This document shows positions 18,972 through 28,868 of a DNA stretch of 64,000 nt, piece by piece; positions within the stretch are counted from its first letter, which is position 1, and the number at the start of each line of letters is the position of its first letter. Source of the stretch: an uncultured bacterium (GTDB lineage: Bacteria > Planctomycetota > UBA1135 > GCA-002686595); assembly GCA_943787795.1 (NCBI GenBank), contig CALSNU010000001.1, positions 1,184,001 through 1,248,000 on the forward strand, given 5' to 3'. The position numbers and the translations under genes are program-made. Below the pieces are notes generated by a model. That model did no database searches. It was not told where the DNA came from and worked only from the letters and a program-made list of their open reading frames with translations.

Positions 18972-19796
18972 GTGGGAACGGTTCGCATCCAGGAGGAGAT
19001 GAAACGGGACGCTCTAGGCGCCGTTCACCGGGTCGTCCTGGAGCGCATGGACGAGCCGCAGCGGGAGTTCGTGATGCGCTCCATCGACGGGTGGGCGGTC
19101 CTGCGTCCCTTCGCGCGCCTGCTCGCCCGGCGGGAGCAGCGCGCCATGGCCGCCTGCCGAGGGGGAGGCCTGTCACGCTTTGAGCCCCCTGCTGCCCTGC
19201 GGGAGGAGGAGCGCGTGGCCCTCGGCAAGACGCCCGGCGTCCGAGCCCGGGAGATCTTCGCGCGTCCCTTCTTCCCCGGCGCACCGCTCCACCGCGCCGA
19301 GCGCTTGCCCCTGGACTTCTTTGACCTCCTCGAGGCCGCTGTGCGTGACCTGCACGCCGTCGGGGTCTGTCACAATGATCTCCACAAGGAGCAGAACGTC
19401 GTCGTCGACCGTGCCGGCCGGCCGCAGCTGATCGACTTCCAGCTCGCGAGCGTGCACCCCGGAGGCCTGGGCAAGCGCTTCGCGTCCCGCTGCCGGGACG
19501 ATCTGCGGCACGTGCAGAAGCTCCGGCGTCGCTACACCATGAACGGCCGCGGGCCCGCGGAGATCGCCGTCCCCGAGGCGTCGCGCATGCGCCGGCGCGG
19601 GCTGGCGCTGGTGTGGCGCCGGACCGGAAAGCCGGCCTACCTCTTCCTCACGCGAGGTCTCATGGGGACCAAGGATGGCGAGGATCGGCGTCCGTTCGAG
19701 GGCCCCTGGCCGCAGTGGGATGCGCCGGTCGGACCCGCGCCCGCGGGGACGCTTGGGGCGGCCCGTTCGGGCGGCGCTGATCCCCACGGGGGCTGA
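18972..19796 (+). CDS. RIO/Kdo-like kinase (phosphotransferase) family protein
   Basis: LARRE, HNDLHKEQN catalytic loop, LIDFQLA; start GTG 18972 (alternative ATG 18999). Confidence 0.78.
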   Translation: MGTVRIQEEMKRDALGAVHRVVLERMDEPQREFVMRSIDGWAVLRPFARLLARREQRAMAACRGGGLSRFEPPAALREEERVALGKTPGVRAREIFARPFFPGAPLHRAERLPLDFFDLLEAAVRDLHAVGVCHNDLHKEQNVVVDRAGRPQLIDFQLASVHPGGLGKRFASRCRDDLRHVQKLRRRYTMNGRGPAEIAVPEASRMRRRGLALVWRRTGKPAYLFLTRGLMGTKDGEDRRPFEGPWPQWDAPVGPAPAGTLGAARSGGADPHGG

Positions 19797-19807
19797 GCCC
19801 AGCGCCG

Positions 19808-20386
19808 TCAGCGGCTGCAGCAATCGAGGAAGTTCCTGAAGACGGTCAAGCCGCCGTCGATGCTCAGGATGGACTCGGGGTGCCCCTGGAGGCCGAAGAG
19901 TGGCCGGGAGGCATGGCGCAGGCCCGCGATGTCGCCGTCCTCGGTTCGTGCGGTGATGACGAGGTCGGTCGGGAGGGCAGCCTCGTCCACCACGAGGGAG
20001 TTGTAGCGGGCCATCGGGAAGGGGCTGGGGAGTCCCGTCAGCAGGCCCTCGCCGTCATGGTGGATCGGGCGCACGGCTCCGTGGACGAGCTCGGAGGCGG
20101 GGCGGATGTTGGCGCCCAGGGCGCTCCCGAGAGCCTGGTGACCCAGGCAGATCCCCAGGATTGGAGGCGCCCCGGGTCGCGCGACCGCCATCCGGAAGAC
20201 CTCCTCGCTGCAGCCTGCCGCGCTCGGCTCACCGGGCCCGGGGCCCACGAGGACCCCTTCGGCGCCCATGACCTCCTCGGCGCGGGCGCTGCGTCCGTCG
20301 ATGACGGCCACCTCGGCGCCCAGCCGCTGGAGGGCCTGAACGAGGTTGAAGGTGAACGAATCGCGATTGTCGACGAGGGCGATCAC
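19808..20386 (-). CDS. Anthranilate/aminodeoxychorismate synthase component II (glutamine amidotransferase, PabA/TrpG)
   Basis: DNRDSFTFNL, GPGPG, GICLGHQ, RYNSL, QGHPES. Confidence 0.92.
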   Translation of the reverse strand: MIALVDNRDSFTFNLVQALQRLGAEVAVIDGRSARAEEVMGAEGVLVGPGPGEPSAAGCSEEVFRMAVARPGAPPILGICLGHQALGSALGANIRPASELVHGAVRPIHHDGEGLLTGLPSPFPMARYNSLVVDEAALPTDLVITARTEDGDIAGLRHASRPLFGLQGHPESILSIDGGLTVFRNFLDCCSR

Positions 20387-20431
20387 CGTCCTGTTGTACC
20401 CCGCGGCGGCCAGGGTCTATCGTTCCGCACG

Positions 20432-21772
20432 ATGAACATCGTGATCATTGGCGCAGGCGAGGTCGGCCAGCACCTCGCCGGGGTCCTCAGCCGTGAGGAG
20501 CACTCGGTGACCGTGGTGGATCCGGATCCTTCGAAGTCACGCAAGCTGACCGAGTCCCTGGACGTGCAGTCGATCGTCGGGGACGGGACGCGTGCGGACA
20601 CGCTCACCGACGCCGGAGCGTCCTCGGCGGACCTCGTCATCGCGGTGTCCGACGACGACCGCGTCAACATGCTCACGAGCGTGATCGCCAAGAAGCTCGG
20701 CGCGAGCCGGGTCATCATCCGGCTGAAGGACACGCGTGTGCTGGCGGACTACCGCTACTTCTACAAGGACGCCCTCGGCTTCGACGTCGTGCTCTCCACC
20801 GAGGAGCTCGTCGCAGAGGAGCTCCTCGGCCTCGTCCGTGAGCGGCACGCGCTGGAGGTCCAGAGCTTCGCTAACGGCCAGGTCCAGCTTCGGCGCCTGC
20901 GGCTCAAGGAGGACTCGCAGCTCACCAGTCGGCCGCTCGAGGAGCTGAAGATCCCCGCGGGGGTCCTGGTGACGGCGGTCTCCAGGGGCGGCAAGCTGAC
21001 GGTCCCCTCCGGCAGCGACGAGCTCCTCGGCAAGGACCAGGTCTACGTCCTTGGGTCCTCGAAGGACCTCGATCAGTTCGAGCGGCTCGCCGGGGAGAAG
21101 GTCGAGTGGAAGCGGTCGGTGGTGATCATGGGCGCCGGCGGCATCGGCCGGGAGATCGCCCTGCGGCTCTCCGGGGAGCCGGGGATCAGCGTGCTGGTGC
21201 TCGAGCAGGACCCCGCGCGGGCGAGGGCGCTGGACCTCGAGCGCTCGGGGGACCTGACCGTGATGGTGGGCGACGCGACGGACATGATGCTCTTCCGTGA
21301 GGAGCGCCTCGCCGACGCCAGCGTCTTCGTCGCGACCACTCACGACGACGAGGACAACATCGTCGCCTGCCAGCTGGCCAAGTCATTCGGCGTGGAGCGC
21401 ACGGTCGCGCTGGTGGAGAAGTCCTCCTACGCCGAGATCTTCGACCTCCTCGAGGGCGTGGACCAGGCCATCAGCCCGCGCATGATGTGCGCCAAGGCCA
21501 TCACCCGCCTCGCCAGAGCGGGCTCGCCGCGGGCCATCGCGGCGATCGGGAACGGCCAGGCGGAGATCATCGAGCTCGAGGTCGGGCTGAAGGAACCCGT
21601 CAAGCTCAGGAAGCTGGGCCTCCCCAGGGGCGTCGTGCTCGGGGCGCTGGTCCGCGACAACGCCGTGACCATCCCCGGCGGAGACACCGTCGTTCGCAAG
21701 GGGGACACCGCGGTCGTGTTCGCCATGCGGGAGTCCCTCGAGGAGGCCGAGCGAGCGCTCGGGGCCCTCTGA
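20432..21772 (+). CDS. trkA: Trk K+ uptake system NAD-binding subunit
   Basis: two RCK units (IIGAGEVG, IMGAGGIG), GDGT/GDAT. Confidence 0.93.
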   Translation: MNIVIIGAGEVGQHLAGVLSREEHSVTVVDPDPSKSRKLTESLDVQSIVGDGTRADTLTDAGASSADLVIAVSDDDRVNMLTSVIAKKLGASRVIIRLKDTRVLADYRYFYKDALGFDVVLSTEELVAEELLGLVRERHALEVQSFANGQVQLRRLRLKEDSQLTSRPLEELKIPAGVLVTAVSRGGKLTVPSGSDELLGKDQVYVLGSSKDLDQFERLAGEKVEWKRSVVIMGAGGIGREIALRLSGEPGISVLVLEQDPARARALDLERSGDLTVMVGDATDMMLFREERLADASVFVATTHDDEDNIVACQLAKSFGVERTVALVEKSSYAEIFDLLEGVDQAISPRMMCAKAITRLARAGSPRAIAAIGNGQAEIIELEVGLKEPVKLRKLGLPRGVVLGALVRDNAVTIPGGDTVVRKGDTAVVFAMRESLEEAERALGAL

Positions 21773-21830
21773 CCGTGGTGGCGCCCCGGACCATCCCCCC
21801 GCGGCCGCGGACCTCAGCAGGAGGCTGCCA

Positions 21831-23342
21831 GTGAACTTCCGCGCGGTCGCGCAGATGCTCGGCGTCGTCCTGCTGCTGATGGCGGGGTTCCTGGCGGTGC
21901 CCGCCGCGGTCGGCCTCGGGATGGGGGAGCGTGGCCCCGCCGCGAGCTGCGGGCTCGCGGCGTTCGTCACGGCGCTGGTGGGGGCGCTGGTGACCTTTGT
22001 CTTCCGGGGCGCGACCCGCGACACCCGCAAGCGCCCGGACTACTTTCGCCGAGAGGGGCTCGCCACGGTCGGGCTGGCGTGGCTCGTGGGGGGCGTCGCT
22101 GGCGCCCTGCCGTTCCTCTTCGAGGGGACGATCACCTCCCCGGTCGACGCCTTCTTCGAGTCAGTCTCGGGCCTGACGACCACGGGCTCGACGGTGATGA
22201 CGGCGGAGCAGATCGACTCCATGCCCGCGGCCATCGCCTTCTGGCGGAGCTTCAGCCAGTGGCTCGGGGGCTTCGGCATCGTCATGGTCTTCGTGGTGAT
22301 CTTCCCCACCGGGGGCCGCAGCCTCTTCCGCTCGGAGGTGCCCGGCATCTCACGCGAGGCCGGGCACCAACGCGTGCGAGACGCCGCCTTGATGCTGATG
22401 AAGATCTACCTGGTCCTCAGCGTCACGCTGCTCGCCGCGCTGATGCTGGTCGGGCTCCCGGTCTTCGACGCGGTGATCCACACGTTCACGACGGTGGCCA
22501 ACGGTGGGTTCTCCAACCACTCGGAGAGCATCGCCTACTTCGACTCCGCGTTGGTGGAGGGGGTGCTGGTGGTGTTCATGCTCCTCTCCGCCCTCAACTT
22601 CGCGATCTACGACACGCTGATCCGGGTGGGGCCGCGCCCAGCCTGGCGCAAGCTGGTGGGCAGCCTCGAGGTGCGGCTCTTCTTCGGCATCGTGGTGGGG
22701 GCCTCGTTGGTCATCGCGGCGGTGCTCTGGTTCGCTGGCGGAGGGGCCGCTGCCGGAGGGGGGGATGCCCAGAGCGTCCCAGGGCCGCTGGCCGCGCTTC
22801 GGCTCAGCGTCTTCCACGTGGTCTGCCAGATCACCACGGCGGGCTACGCCACGGCCGACTTCAACGCCTGGCCCCAGTTCTGCCGCATCGCGCTGATGCT
22901 CCTGGCGTTCTGCGGGGCCTGCGCCGGGTCCACCAGCGGCGGACTGAAGCTGGTGCGGCTGGCGATCGTGCTCAAGGCCGCGCTGGTCGCTGTGCGTCGC
23001 TTCGCGCGACCGCGGGTGATCCACCGGATCCGGATCGACGGTCAGGCGCTGGACGAGTCGGTCGTGGCGTCCGTCACGGGCTACCTCGTGCTGTGGCTCA
23101 TGGTCTTCGTGGCGGCAACGACGCTGCTCGGCGCCTACGGCATTGACCTCGAGACCAGCGCAACCGCCGTCCTCGTGACGCTCAACAACGTGGGGCCGGG
23201 CCTCGGAGGAGTCGGGCCAGCCATGAACTTCGGGGACCTTCCTGGAGCGGCGAAGTTCGCCCTCTCGATCTGCATGGTCCTCGGCCGGCTCGAGTTCTAT
23301 GCGCTCGTGGCGCTGTTGATGCCGACGTTCTGGCGGCGTTGA
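21831..23342 (+). CDS. trkH: Trk K+ uptake membrane subunit
   Basis: FESVSGLTTTG, QWLGGFG, GGFS, GSTSGGLK, NNVGPG, GRLE. Confidence 0.94.
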   Translation: MNFRAVAQMLGVVLLLMAGFLAVPAAVGLGMGERGPAASCGLAAFVTALVGALVTFVFRGATRDTRKRPDYFRREGLATVGLAWLVGGVAGALPFLFEGTITSPVDAFFESVSGLTTTGSTVMTAEQIDSMPAAIAFWRSFSQWLGGFGIVMVFVVIFPTGGRSLFRSEVPGISREAGHQRVRDAALMLMKIYLVLSVTLLAALMLVGLPVFDAVIHTFTTVANGGFSNHSESIAYFDSALVEGVLVVFMLLSALNFAIYDTLIRVGPRPAWRKLVGSLEVRLFFGIVVGASLVIAAVLWFAGGGAAAGGGDAQSVPGPLAALRLSVFHVVCQITTAGYATADFNAWPQFCRIALMLLAFCGACAGSTSGGLKLVRLAIVLKAALVAVRRFARPRVIHRIRIDGQALDESVVASVTGYLVLWLMVFVAATTLLGAYGIDLETSATAVLVTLNNVGPGLGGVGPAMNFGDLPGAAKFALSICMVLGRLEFYALVALLMPTFWRR

Positions 23343-23352
23343 CAGCGCTCCC

Positions 23353-23442
23353 GCTGCACGACGGGTTCCAGCTGCACGACGGGTTCCAGCAACTCGATGG
23401 GCTCAAATCGAACGACCGGCTCAAACCGCACGACCGGTTCCG
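23353..23442. repeat. 18-bp tandem repeat GCTGCACGACGGGTTCCA, 2 perfect + 3 degenerate copies
   Basis: read directly. Confidence 0.8.
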
Positions 23443-23641
23443 GTGGCGCTGAAGGGGACCCGCCCAGGGGGCCTCGGCCTGGGAGCTCTGGGCCTGCTCC
23501 GGACGGAGATTCCCTGGCTCCAGGGGCCGTCGGTAGAGTCCTCGAGCGGACCCTGATGGCGCGGCCGAGGCGGCTGAATGAAGAGGGCCGACCCTGCGGT
23601 CGGCCCCCGGTGGATTCAGTTCGACGAGCTGGCGGCTCGGC

Positions 23642-24322
23642 TCAGAGGAGGTCCTCGCGGTACACGAACGGCCGGCGACGGAGCTTGTCCTTGCGGTGCG
23701 CTGCGAGGCGCCAGAGGGTGTTGGCGCCGACGACCGCGAGGTACTGGTGGCTCTGGCCATCGCGCTGAATCGAGACCTTGCCAGAGACGAGGCCCACGAG
23801 GTCCTTCGTGAACTCCCCGGTCTGGCGGTAGACGCCCGCGCCGGTCTGGTCGACGCTGTCGAGGAAGCCCTCGGGAATCTCCACCAGGACGCCTTCGACG
23901 CCCTCCACGATGCGGCAGCTGGTCATGGCGGACCAGCGGTCCCAACCGCGGCGGCCCATGATCTCGAGCGCCTCGCCCTCCGTGGGGAGATCGAATGTGA
24001 TCGGAACGTGCGGCAGCCGAATCTCCATGTCCGCGGTGTAGAGCCCACCGCCGACCGGCTCGATGACCGACTGCTCCATGGAGGGGCCGTCGCCGAAGAA
24101 CGCCTCGACGATGACGGGGCCGCGGTCCGTGGTCTTGCCCAGGAAGACCACGCCGAACTCCGTGGACACTCCGAGCTCCATCCCGCGGTCGGTCATGATG
24201 CCGACGACCGGGTCGGTCAGCTTGCGGGTGCCCGTGCACGCCGTCAGCGAGAGGGCCAGCGCGATGGCGGCCACGCCGCGCAGGGAGCGCCTGGGGGCCA
24301 GTTGGAGGGGGGATTTACTCAT
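23642..24322 (-). CDS. Hypothetical lipoprotein
   Basis: signal peptide with LTAC lipobox; coding-like codon usage. Confidence 0.75.
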   Translation of the reverse strand: MSKSPLQLAPRRSLRGVAAIALALSLTACTGTRKLTDPVVGIMTDRGMELGVSTEFGVVFLGKTTDRGPVIVEAFFGDGPSMEQSVIEPVGGGLYTADMEIRLPHVPITFDLPTEGEALEIMGRRGWDRWSAMTSCRIVEGVEGVLVEIPEGFLDSVDQTGAGVYRQTGEFTKDLVGLVSGKVSIQRDGQSHQYLAVVGANTLWRLAAHRKDKLRRRPFVYREDLL

Positions 24323-24498
24323 GGCTTGTCAACCCGAGGAGGATGAGGGACGACCCGCCGTCCCGCTACGATTATCGTCGGGACCGTGCCTGGACTCGAC
24401 AGGTCCTCGGATTTGATCCGAATCCGGACCCCCTTCGCCGTCCCAGGGGACTCCTGGTCGCCGTTCACCCTCCAGAAAACGACCCACGCGAGCAGAAC

Positions 24499-27477
24499 AT
24501 GACCCACGCGAGCAAAGCTGGACCCAGGCTCCTCCTCGGAGTTGTCGCTTTGCTTTGCCTCGGTGTGCTCCTCTGGTTGGCCCCCTGGGAGTCGGCGAGA
24601 CCCGAGGGGGGGCTCGAGGTGCTCCAGAGGTCCGACGCCTTCGCGATCGGCGCCCCGGGCCAGGACCAGGCCCTGCCCGGGATCGGTCAAGCGAAGGGGA
24701 GGCGCCCCGACCAGGTCTCCGCGGAGGCCCTCGCCGCCGCTGAGGCGGAGGCGGCGCGCGCTGAAGCCAATGGGCCCGCGGCCCAGCTCATCGGACGGGT
24801 GGTGGGGCCGGCCGGGGAGCCGCTGGCAGCGGCCAGGGTCCTCGCGACCACAGGGCGATCCGCGGGTTCCTCCCTGGGGATGGAGCTCGAGGACCGGGAG
24901 CTCCGGAGCGTCTGTTCTGCAGAGAGCGGCGACGATGGGGAGTTCCGGATCGGCGTCGCGGAGGGCGTCCCCGAACTTGAAGAAGGGAGGACCGTCTCGG
25001 CCTTGATCCGGGCGTCGGGCTGGGTGGTTCAGAGCCGCCGCCTAGGCCGCTTCCCGGGGCGGCTGCCGATGGTGATCGACCCGATTGTCATGGAGCCCGG
25101 CGCGGCGATCTCCGGTCGGGTCATCGGTCCCGACGGTCTCGCTGCCGAGGGCGCCACGGTCTACTTCGGGCAGTCCGCAACGGTCGGAGGCCTGCGCGTG
25201 AGCGCCCCGAGCCGAGGGTATCCGCTGGGGACGACGGGCAGCGACGGCGCCTTCCGCTGCGACGAGCTGGCGCCAGGTGCCTTCCACCTCGTCGTGGAGA
25301 AGCCGGGTCATCCCGTGGCGTTCTTCGAGGGGGAGGCGACCCTCGGGCGAGAGCTCGAAGGGGTGACGGTGCGGTTGGATCGAGGAGTCTCCATCACGGG
25401 CTCGGTGAAGGGCGCCGGGACGCGCGCCTCCTCTCTCTGGATCTCGGTCTGGCCGGCGGGGGACGATGCTCCGGCGGTGGACCGTCGCCCGCGGGGCGTG
25501 GCCCCCGCCAGCGACGGGGCGTTCGAGTTGACCGGGCTGCGTCCCGGCGGAGAGTACGTGCTCACCCTGCACTCGAGCCGCGGGGCTCGGCGGCGCAGGG
25601 GGCGGGACGGGGAGCGCGTCGTGGCCGTGAGCGGCGCTCGTGGGGTTCAACTCGTGTGGACGCCGCGGTCGAGCGTTGGGGGGCGGGTCGTGGGGTTGAC
25701 GGACGGCGCTGGCGCGCCGGCTCCTCTGGAGCAGTTCGTGCTCTGGCACACCTTCAAGACCCCGAAGGACGACCTCTTCTCCGGCGAGGCGCTCGAAGTG
25801 GACGGCGAGGTCGTCGCGGTGCACCCAGATGGCCGCTTCTTGATCGAGGGCCTGCGCTTGGATCCTGGCTCGACCGGGCAAATGGCCCTCCGGATCCGGG
25901 CGCCGGGCTTCGAGCAGCTCGTTCGCCTCGGAGTGGCGGTGCCCCACGCGGCGGACGTCGACCTCGGGGAGATCGCCTTGGCGCCAGCCCCGGGGCTCAG
26001 GGTCCGGGTCGTGGAAGCTGGCAGCGAGCGTCCGCTGGACGGGGCGAGGGTCTTCCTGGCCGCTCAAGCGGAGCGGAAGAGCCTGGGCCGCTGGCGCCTC
26101 CGTGACACGCCTGCCCACGGCAGTACCAAGACTCGCTACGCGGAGACGGACGCGACGGGCTACGCGCTCCTCCAGCTCCCGAAGAAGCGACCCTGGATCG
26201 TCTTCGCTAACGCCGACGGCTTCCCTGTCGGGGAGTTTCGCACGGTCGCGGGCGAGGAGGAGGTCGTGGTGCTCGAGCTCGTTCGTGGATCGAGTCTGGC
26301 CGCCGAGGTGGTGGACCTCGCGGGCAATCCGCTGAAGGGAGTCGAGGTCTCCATGCGCGTCAGCGGGGAGGAGGGCGGGAGCATCTGGCTCCCACGCCGT
26401 GTGGTCCGGACCGATGCCGCCGGGGTTGCGCTCTTCGAGCACATCGAGGCCGGCGTCGCGACGGTGAGGGCCGAGCCGCCGCGCATGCGGCCCCGCCAGC
26501 CGAAGGCCTGGCAGGAGGCGGTCGAGCGGGTGGAGGTCTCCGAAGGGGAGGAGTTGGCGGTCCGGCTGGTGATGCCCCTTTCCGCCGAGCTCAGGGGAAG
26601 GGTCCGCCTCGGAGGCGCGCCGCTCCCCGACGCTCGGCTACGCCTCGCCGTCGACGAGGGCGGTCAAATCCTGCGTCCGGATACCACCTCGGACACGCTC
26701 CGGGCGATCACGAACGAGGACGGAGAGTTCGCGTTGCAGGGGGTCCCGACCGGGACGTACGCCGTGACGGTCAGCCACCGGTCACTGGCGATGGCGTCGG
26801 TCTTCACCTACGAGGTCCGACCCGAGCCGAGCGAGCTGGTGGTCGACCTGGTGGAGACGCGCGTGTCCGGGCGGGTGGTCCTCGAGGGGACCGGCGAGCC
26901 TGCGCGGGGCGTCCAGGTGAGGGTGGCGGGTCCAACCCAGCTCCATCGCGCCTGGATCGGCCAGCGCGCGCTGCGGGAGGACTGGTGGGGTGGAATGGAC
27001 TCCAGCGATCGCTGGCTGGAGCCAGGCAAGCTGACCACCGGTGAGGACGGGACCTTCGAGTTCGCAGGGATCACCCCGGGGGTGCCTGTCTCGCTGGAGC
27101 TCTCCGGTGAGCTGATCCGCGCCAAGACCGAATCGCTCGGCGTCTTCGACGAGGGCACGGTGCGAGAGGAGGTCATCCTTGAGGTCGAGGCCGGGGCGAG
27201 CCTGCGGGTCGTCGCGGAGAACTCGGCCCGTCGAAGAGGGGGGCGTTCGGGGCGATCTCGGGCCTACGGAATTCGTCTCCGTGCGCTTGATCAGCGAATG
27301 CGAGACAAGGTGGTGAAGTCGTTCAGGGGCTCCTCGCACCGTTTCATTTCCCTGCGGCCGGGCCGCTACAGCGTCGAGACGATCGATCTTGGGGCCGAGG
27401 GGGCTCCCGCGATCGAGGCTCGAGAGGTCACGCTGGTCGGCGGAGAGCGGGCCGAGGTCACGATGCCGGGTCTGTGA
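24499..27477 (+). CDS. Membrane-anchored protein with repeated carboxypeptidase-regulatory-like (CarboxypepD_reg) beta domains
   Basis: N-terminal TM; repeated GRV.GP.G.P..GA.V / TD.DG.F....L.PG.Y units. Confidence 0.8.
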   Translation: MTHASKAGPRLLLGVVALLCLGVLLWLAPWESARPEGGLEVLQRSDAFAIGAPGQDQALPGIGQAKGRRPDQVSAEALAAAEAEAARAEANGPAAQLIGRVVGPAGEPLAAARVLATTGRSAGSSLGMELEDRELRSVCSAESGDDGEFRIGVAEGVPELEEGRTVSALIRASGWVVQSRRLGRFPGRLPMVIDPIVMEPGAAISGRVIGPDGLAAEGATVYFGQSATVGGLRVSAPSRGYPLGTTGSDGAFRCDELAPGAFHLVVEKPGHPVAFFEGEATLGRELEGVTVRLDRGVSITGSVKGAGTRASSLWISVWPAGDDAPAVDRRPRGVAPASDGAFELTGLRPGGEYVLTLHSSRGARRRRGRDGERVVAVSGARGVQLVWTPRSSVGGRVVGLTDGAGAPAPLEQFVLWHTFKTPKDDLFSGEALEVDGEVVAVHPDGRFLIEGLRLDPGSTGQMALRIRAPGFEQLVRLGVAVPHAADVDLGEIALAPAPGLRVRVVEAGSERPLDGARVFLAAQAERKSLGRWRLRDTPAHGSTKTRYAETDATGYALLQLPKKRPWIVFANADGFPVGEFRTVAGEEEVVVLELVRGSSLAAEVVDLAGNPLKGVEVSMRVSGEEGGSIWLPRRVVRTDAAGVALFEHIEAGVATVRAEPPRMRPRQPKAWQEAVERVEVSEGEELAVRLVMPLSAELRGRVRLGGAPLPDARLRLAVDEGGQILRPDTTSDTLRAITNEDGEFALQGVPTGTYAVTVSHRSLAMASVFTYEVRPEPSELVVDLVETRVSGRVVLEGTGEPARGVQVRVAGPTQLHRAWIGQRALREDWWGGMDSSDRWLEPGKLTTGEDGTFEFAGITPGVPVSLELSGELIRAKTESLGVFDEGTVREEVILEVEAGASLRVVAENSARRRGGRSGRSRAYGIRLRALDQRMRDKVVKSFRGSSHRFISLRPGRYSVETIDLGAEGAPAIEAREVTLVGGERAEVTMPGL

Positions 27478-27513
27478 TCGAGCCGGCGGTCAGCAGGAGC
27501 TAGGATCTGCCCC

Positions 27514-28353
27514 ATGACGCGCGAGTACGACGCCCTGCTCCTGGACCTCGACGGGACCCTGCTGACCCCAGACGAGACGATTCACCCCCGGACGCGAGAG
27601 GCGATCCTCGAGGCCGAGCGCCAGGGGGTCGAGGTCATGGTGGTGACCGGCCGCTCCAAGATCTCGGCCATGCCCATTGTCACGGACCTGGGACTCGACG
27701 CTCCGACGGTGCTCTTCAACGGGTGCGCTGTCTGGTGTCACAAGGGGGAGCGCATGCTCGAGGAGCGGACCATCGCGACCCGGACGCTCCAGCGCCTGCA
27801 CCGCTGGGCTGCCGAGCGCGAAGCCCAGGTCCTCGTCATGACCGCCGACGAGAAGCTCGCCCTGGCGCCGCGGAGCGACGAGGAGGCCCGCAACTTCGAG
27901 GGCTTCATCGGGGTGCAGTTTGTGGACCGCCCAGGGCTGATCCGGGACTACACCATCCGGCTCAGCTTCCTGATGAAGTGCGGGGACGTCGGCTCGGCGA
28001 CCGTGGCCGCGGAGCTCGAGGAGGCGGCCGGGGCGCCGATCTACATCTCGCACTTCCCGCTCTCCATCCTGCCGCGCCACCACACCAACCCCTACAGCGC
28101 GATCGACGTCCACGCGCCGTGCCAGGGAAAGGCCGAGGCGATCCGCCTGCTCCAGGAGACCAAGGGGATTCCTGCGTCGCGGGTCATCGCGATCGGTGAC
28201 GCGGACAATGACGTTCCCATGCTCCGGCGCGCCGGCCTTGGCGTCGCGATGGGGAACGCGTTCCCCGAGGTCCAGGCCGAAGCGAACCTCGTCCTCGCCC
28301 ATCATCGGACGGACACCATCGGTGCGCTCGTCGAGGAGAAGCTCCTGCGCTGA
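27514..28353 (+). CDS. Cof-type HAD-IIB hydrolase
   Basis: DLDGTLL, TGR, NG, K, GDADNDVPML, AMGNA. Confidence 0.93.
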   Translation: MTREYDALLLDLDGTLLTPDETIHPRTREAILEAERQGVEVMVVTGRSKISAMPIVTDLGLDAPTVLFNGCAVWCHKGERMLEERTIATRTLQRLHRWAAEREAQVLVMTADEKLALAPRSDEEARNFEGFIGVQFVDRPGLIRDYTIRLSFLMKCGDVGSATVAAELEEAAGAPIYISHFPLSILPRHHTNPYSAIDVHAPCQGKAEAIRLLQETKGIPASRVIAIGDADNDVPMLRRAGLGVAMGNAFPEVQAEANLVLAHHRTDTIGALVEEKLLR

Positions 28354-28406
28354 GGCGCTCCCCCTGGCTCCAAGGTGACCCCGGCGGATGCCCTGCTTCA
28401 GGGAAC

Positions 28407-28446
28407 CCGGCTTCGATGAATCCGGCTTCGATGAATCCGGCTTCGA
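28407..28446. repeat. 15-bp tandem repeat CCGGCTTCGATGAAT x2.7
   Basis: read directly. Confidence 0.9.
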
Positions 28447-28547
28447 GGGGTGCGGTGGAGCCCTCCCCTGCGGTCAGGCCGCACGACAGGCGGCAGAGGG
28501 TCCTCCGCCTGCGCGACTCTGGAGCCCGGCCCCTTCCAGGACGAGCC

Positions 28548-28868
28548 TCAGTCCCCTGAGGGCTTGCTCTTCCTCTTCGAGGAGGACCCGCTCTTCGAGG
28601 ACGAGTCGCTCTTCGGGGACGAGCCGCCGGACTCGGAGCTCTTCTTCTCCGCGGTATCGGCCTTCTTCGCGTCGTCGTAGCTCTTCGAGCGATAGTCCGT
28701 GACGTAGTACCCGGAGCCCTTGAAGACGAAGCCCGCTCCGGAGCCGATCAGGCGCTCAAGCTTCAGCTTCCCGCACTCCGGGCACTTGCGCATGACGCGA
28801 TCGCTCATCATCTGGAACTCCTCGAACGTATGTCCGCAGGCGTTGCAGCGATAGTCGTACGTCGGCAT
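28548..28868 (-). CDS. FmdB family zinc-ribbon protein
   Basis: MPTYDYRC..C...CPECG..FKGSGYYVTDY. Confidence 0.92.
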   Translation of the reverse strand: MPTYDYRCNACGHTFEEFQMMSDRVMRKCPECGKLKLERLIGSGAGFVFKGSGYYVTDYRSKSYDDAKKADTAEKKSSESGGSSPKSDSSSKSGSSSKRKSKPSGD

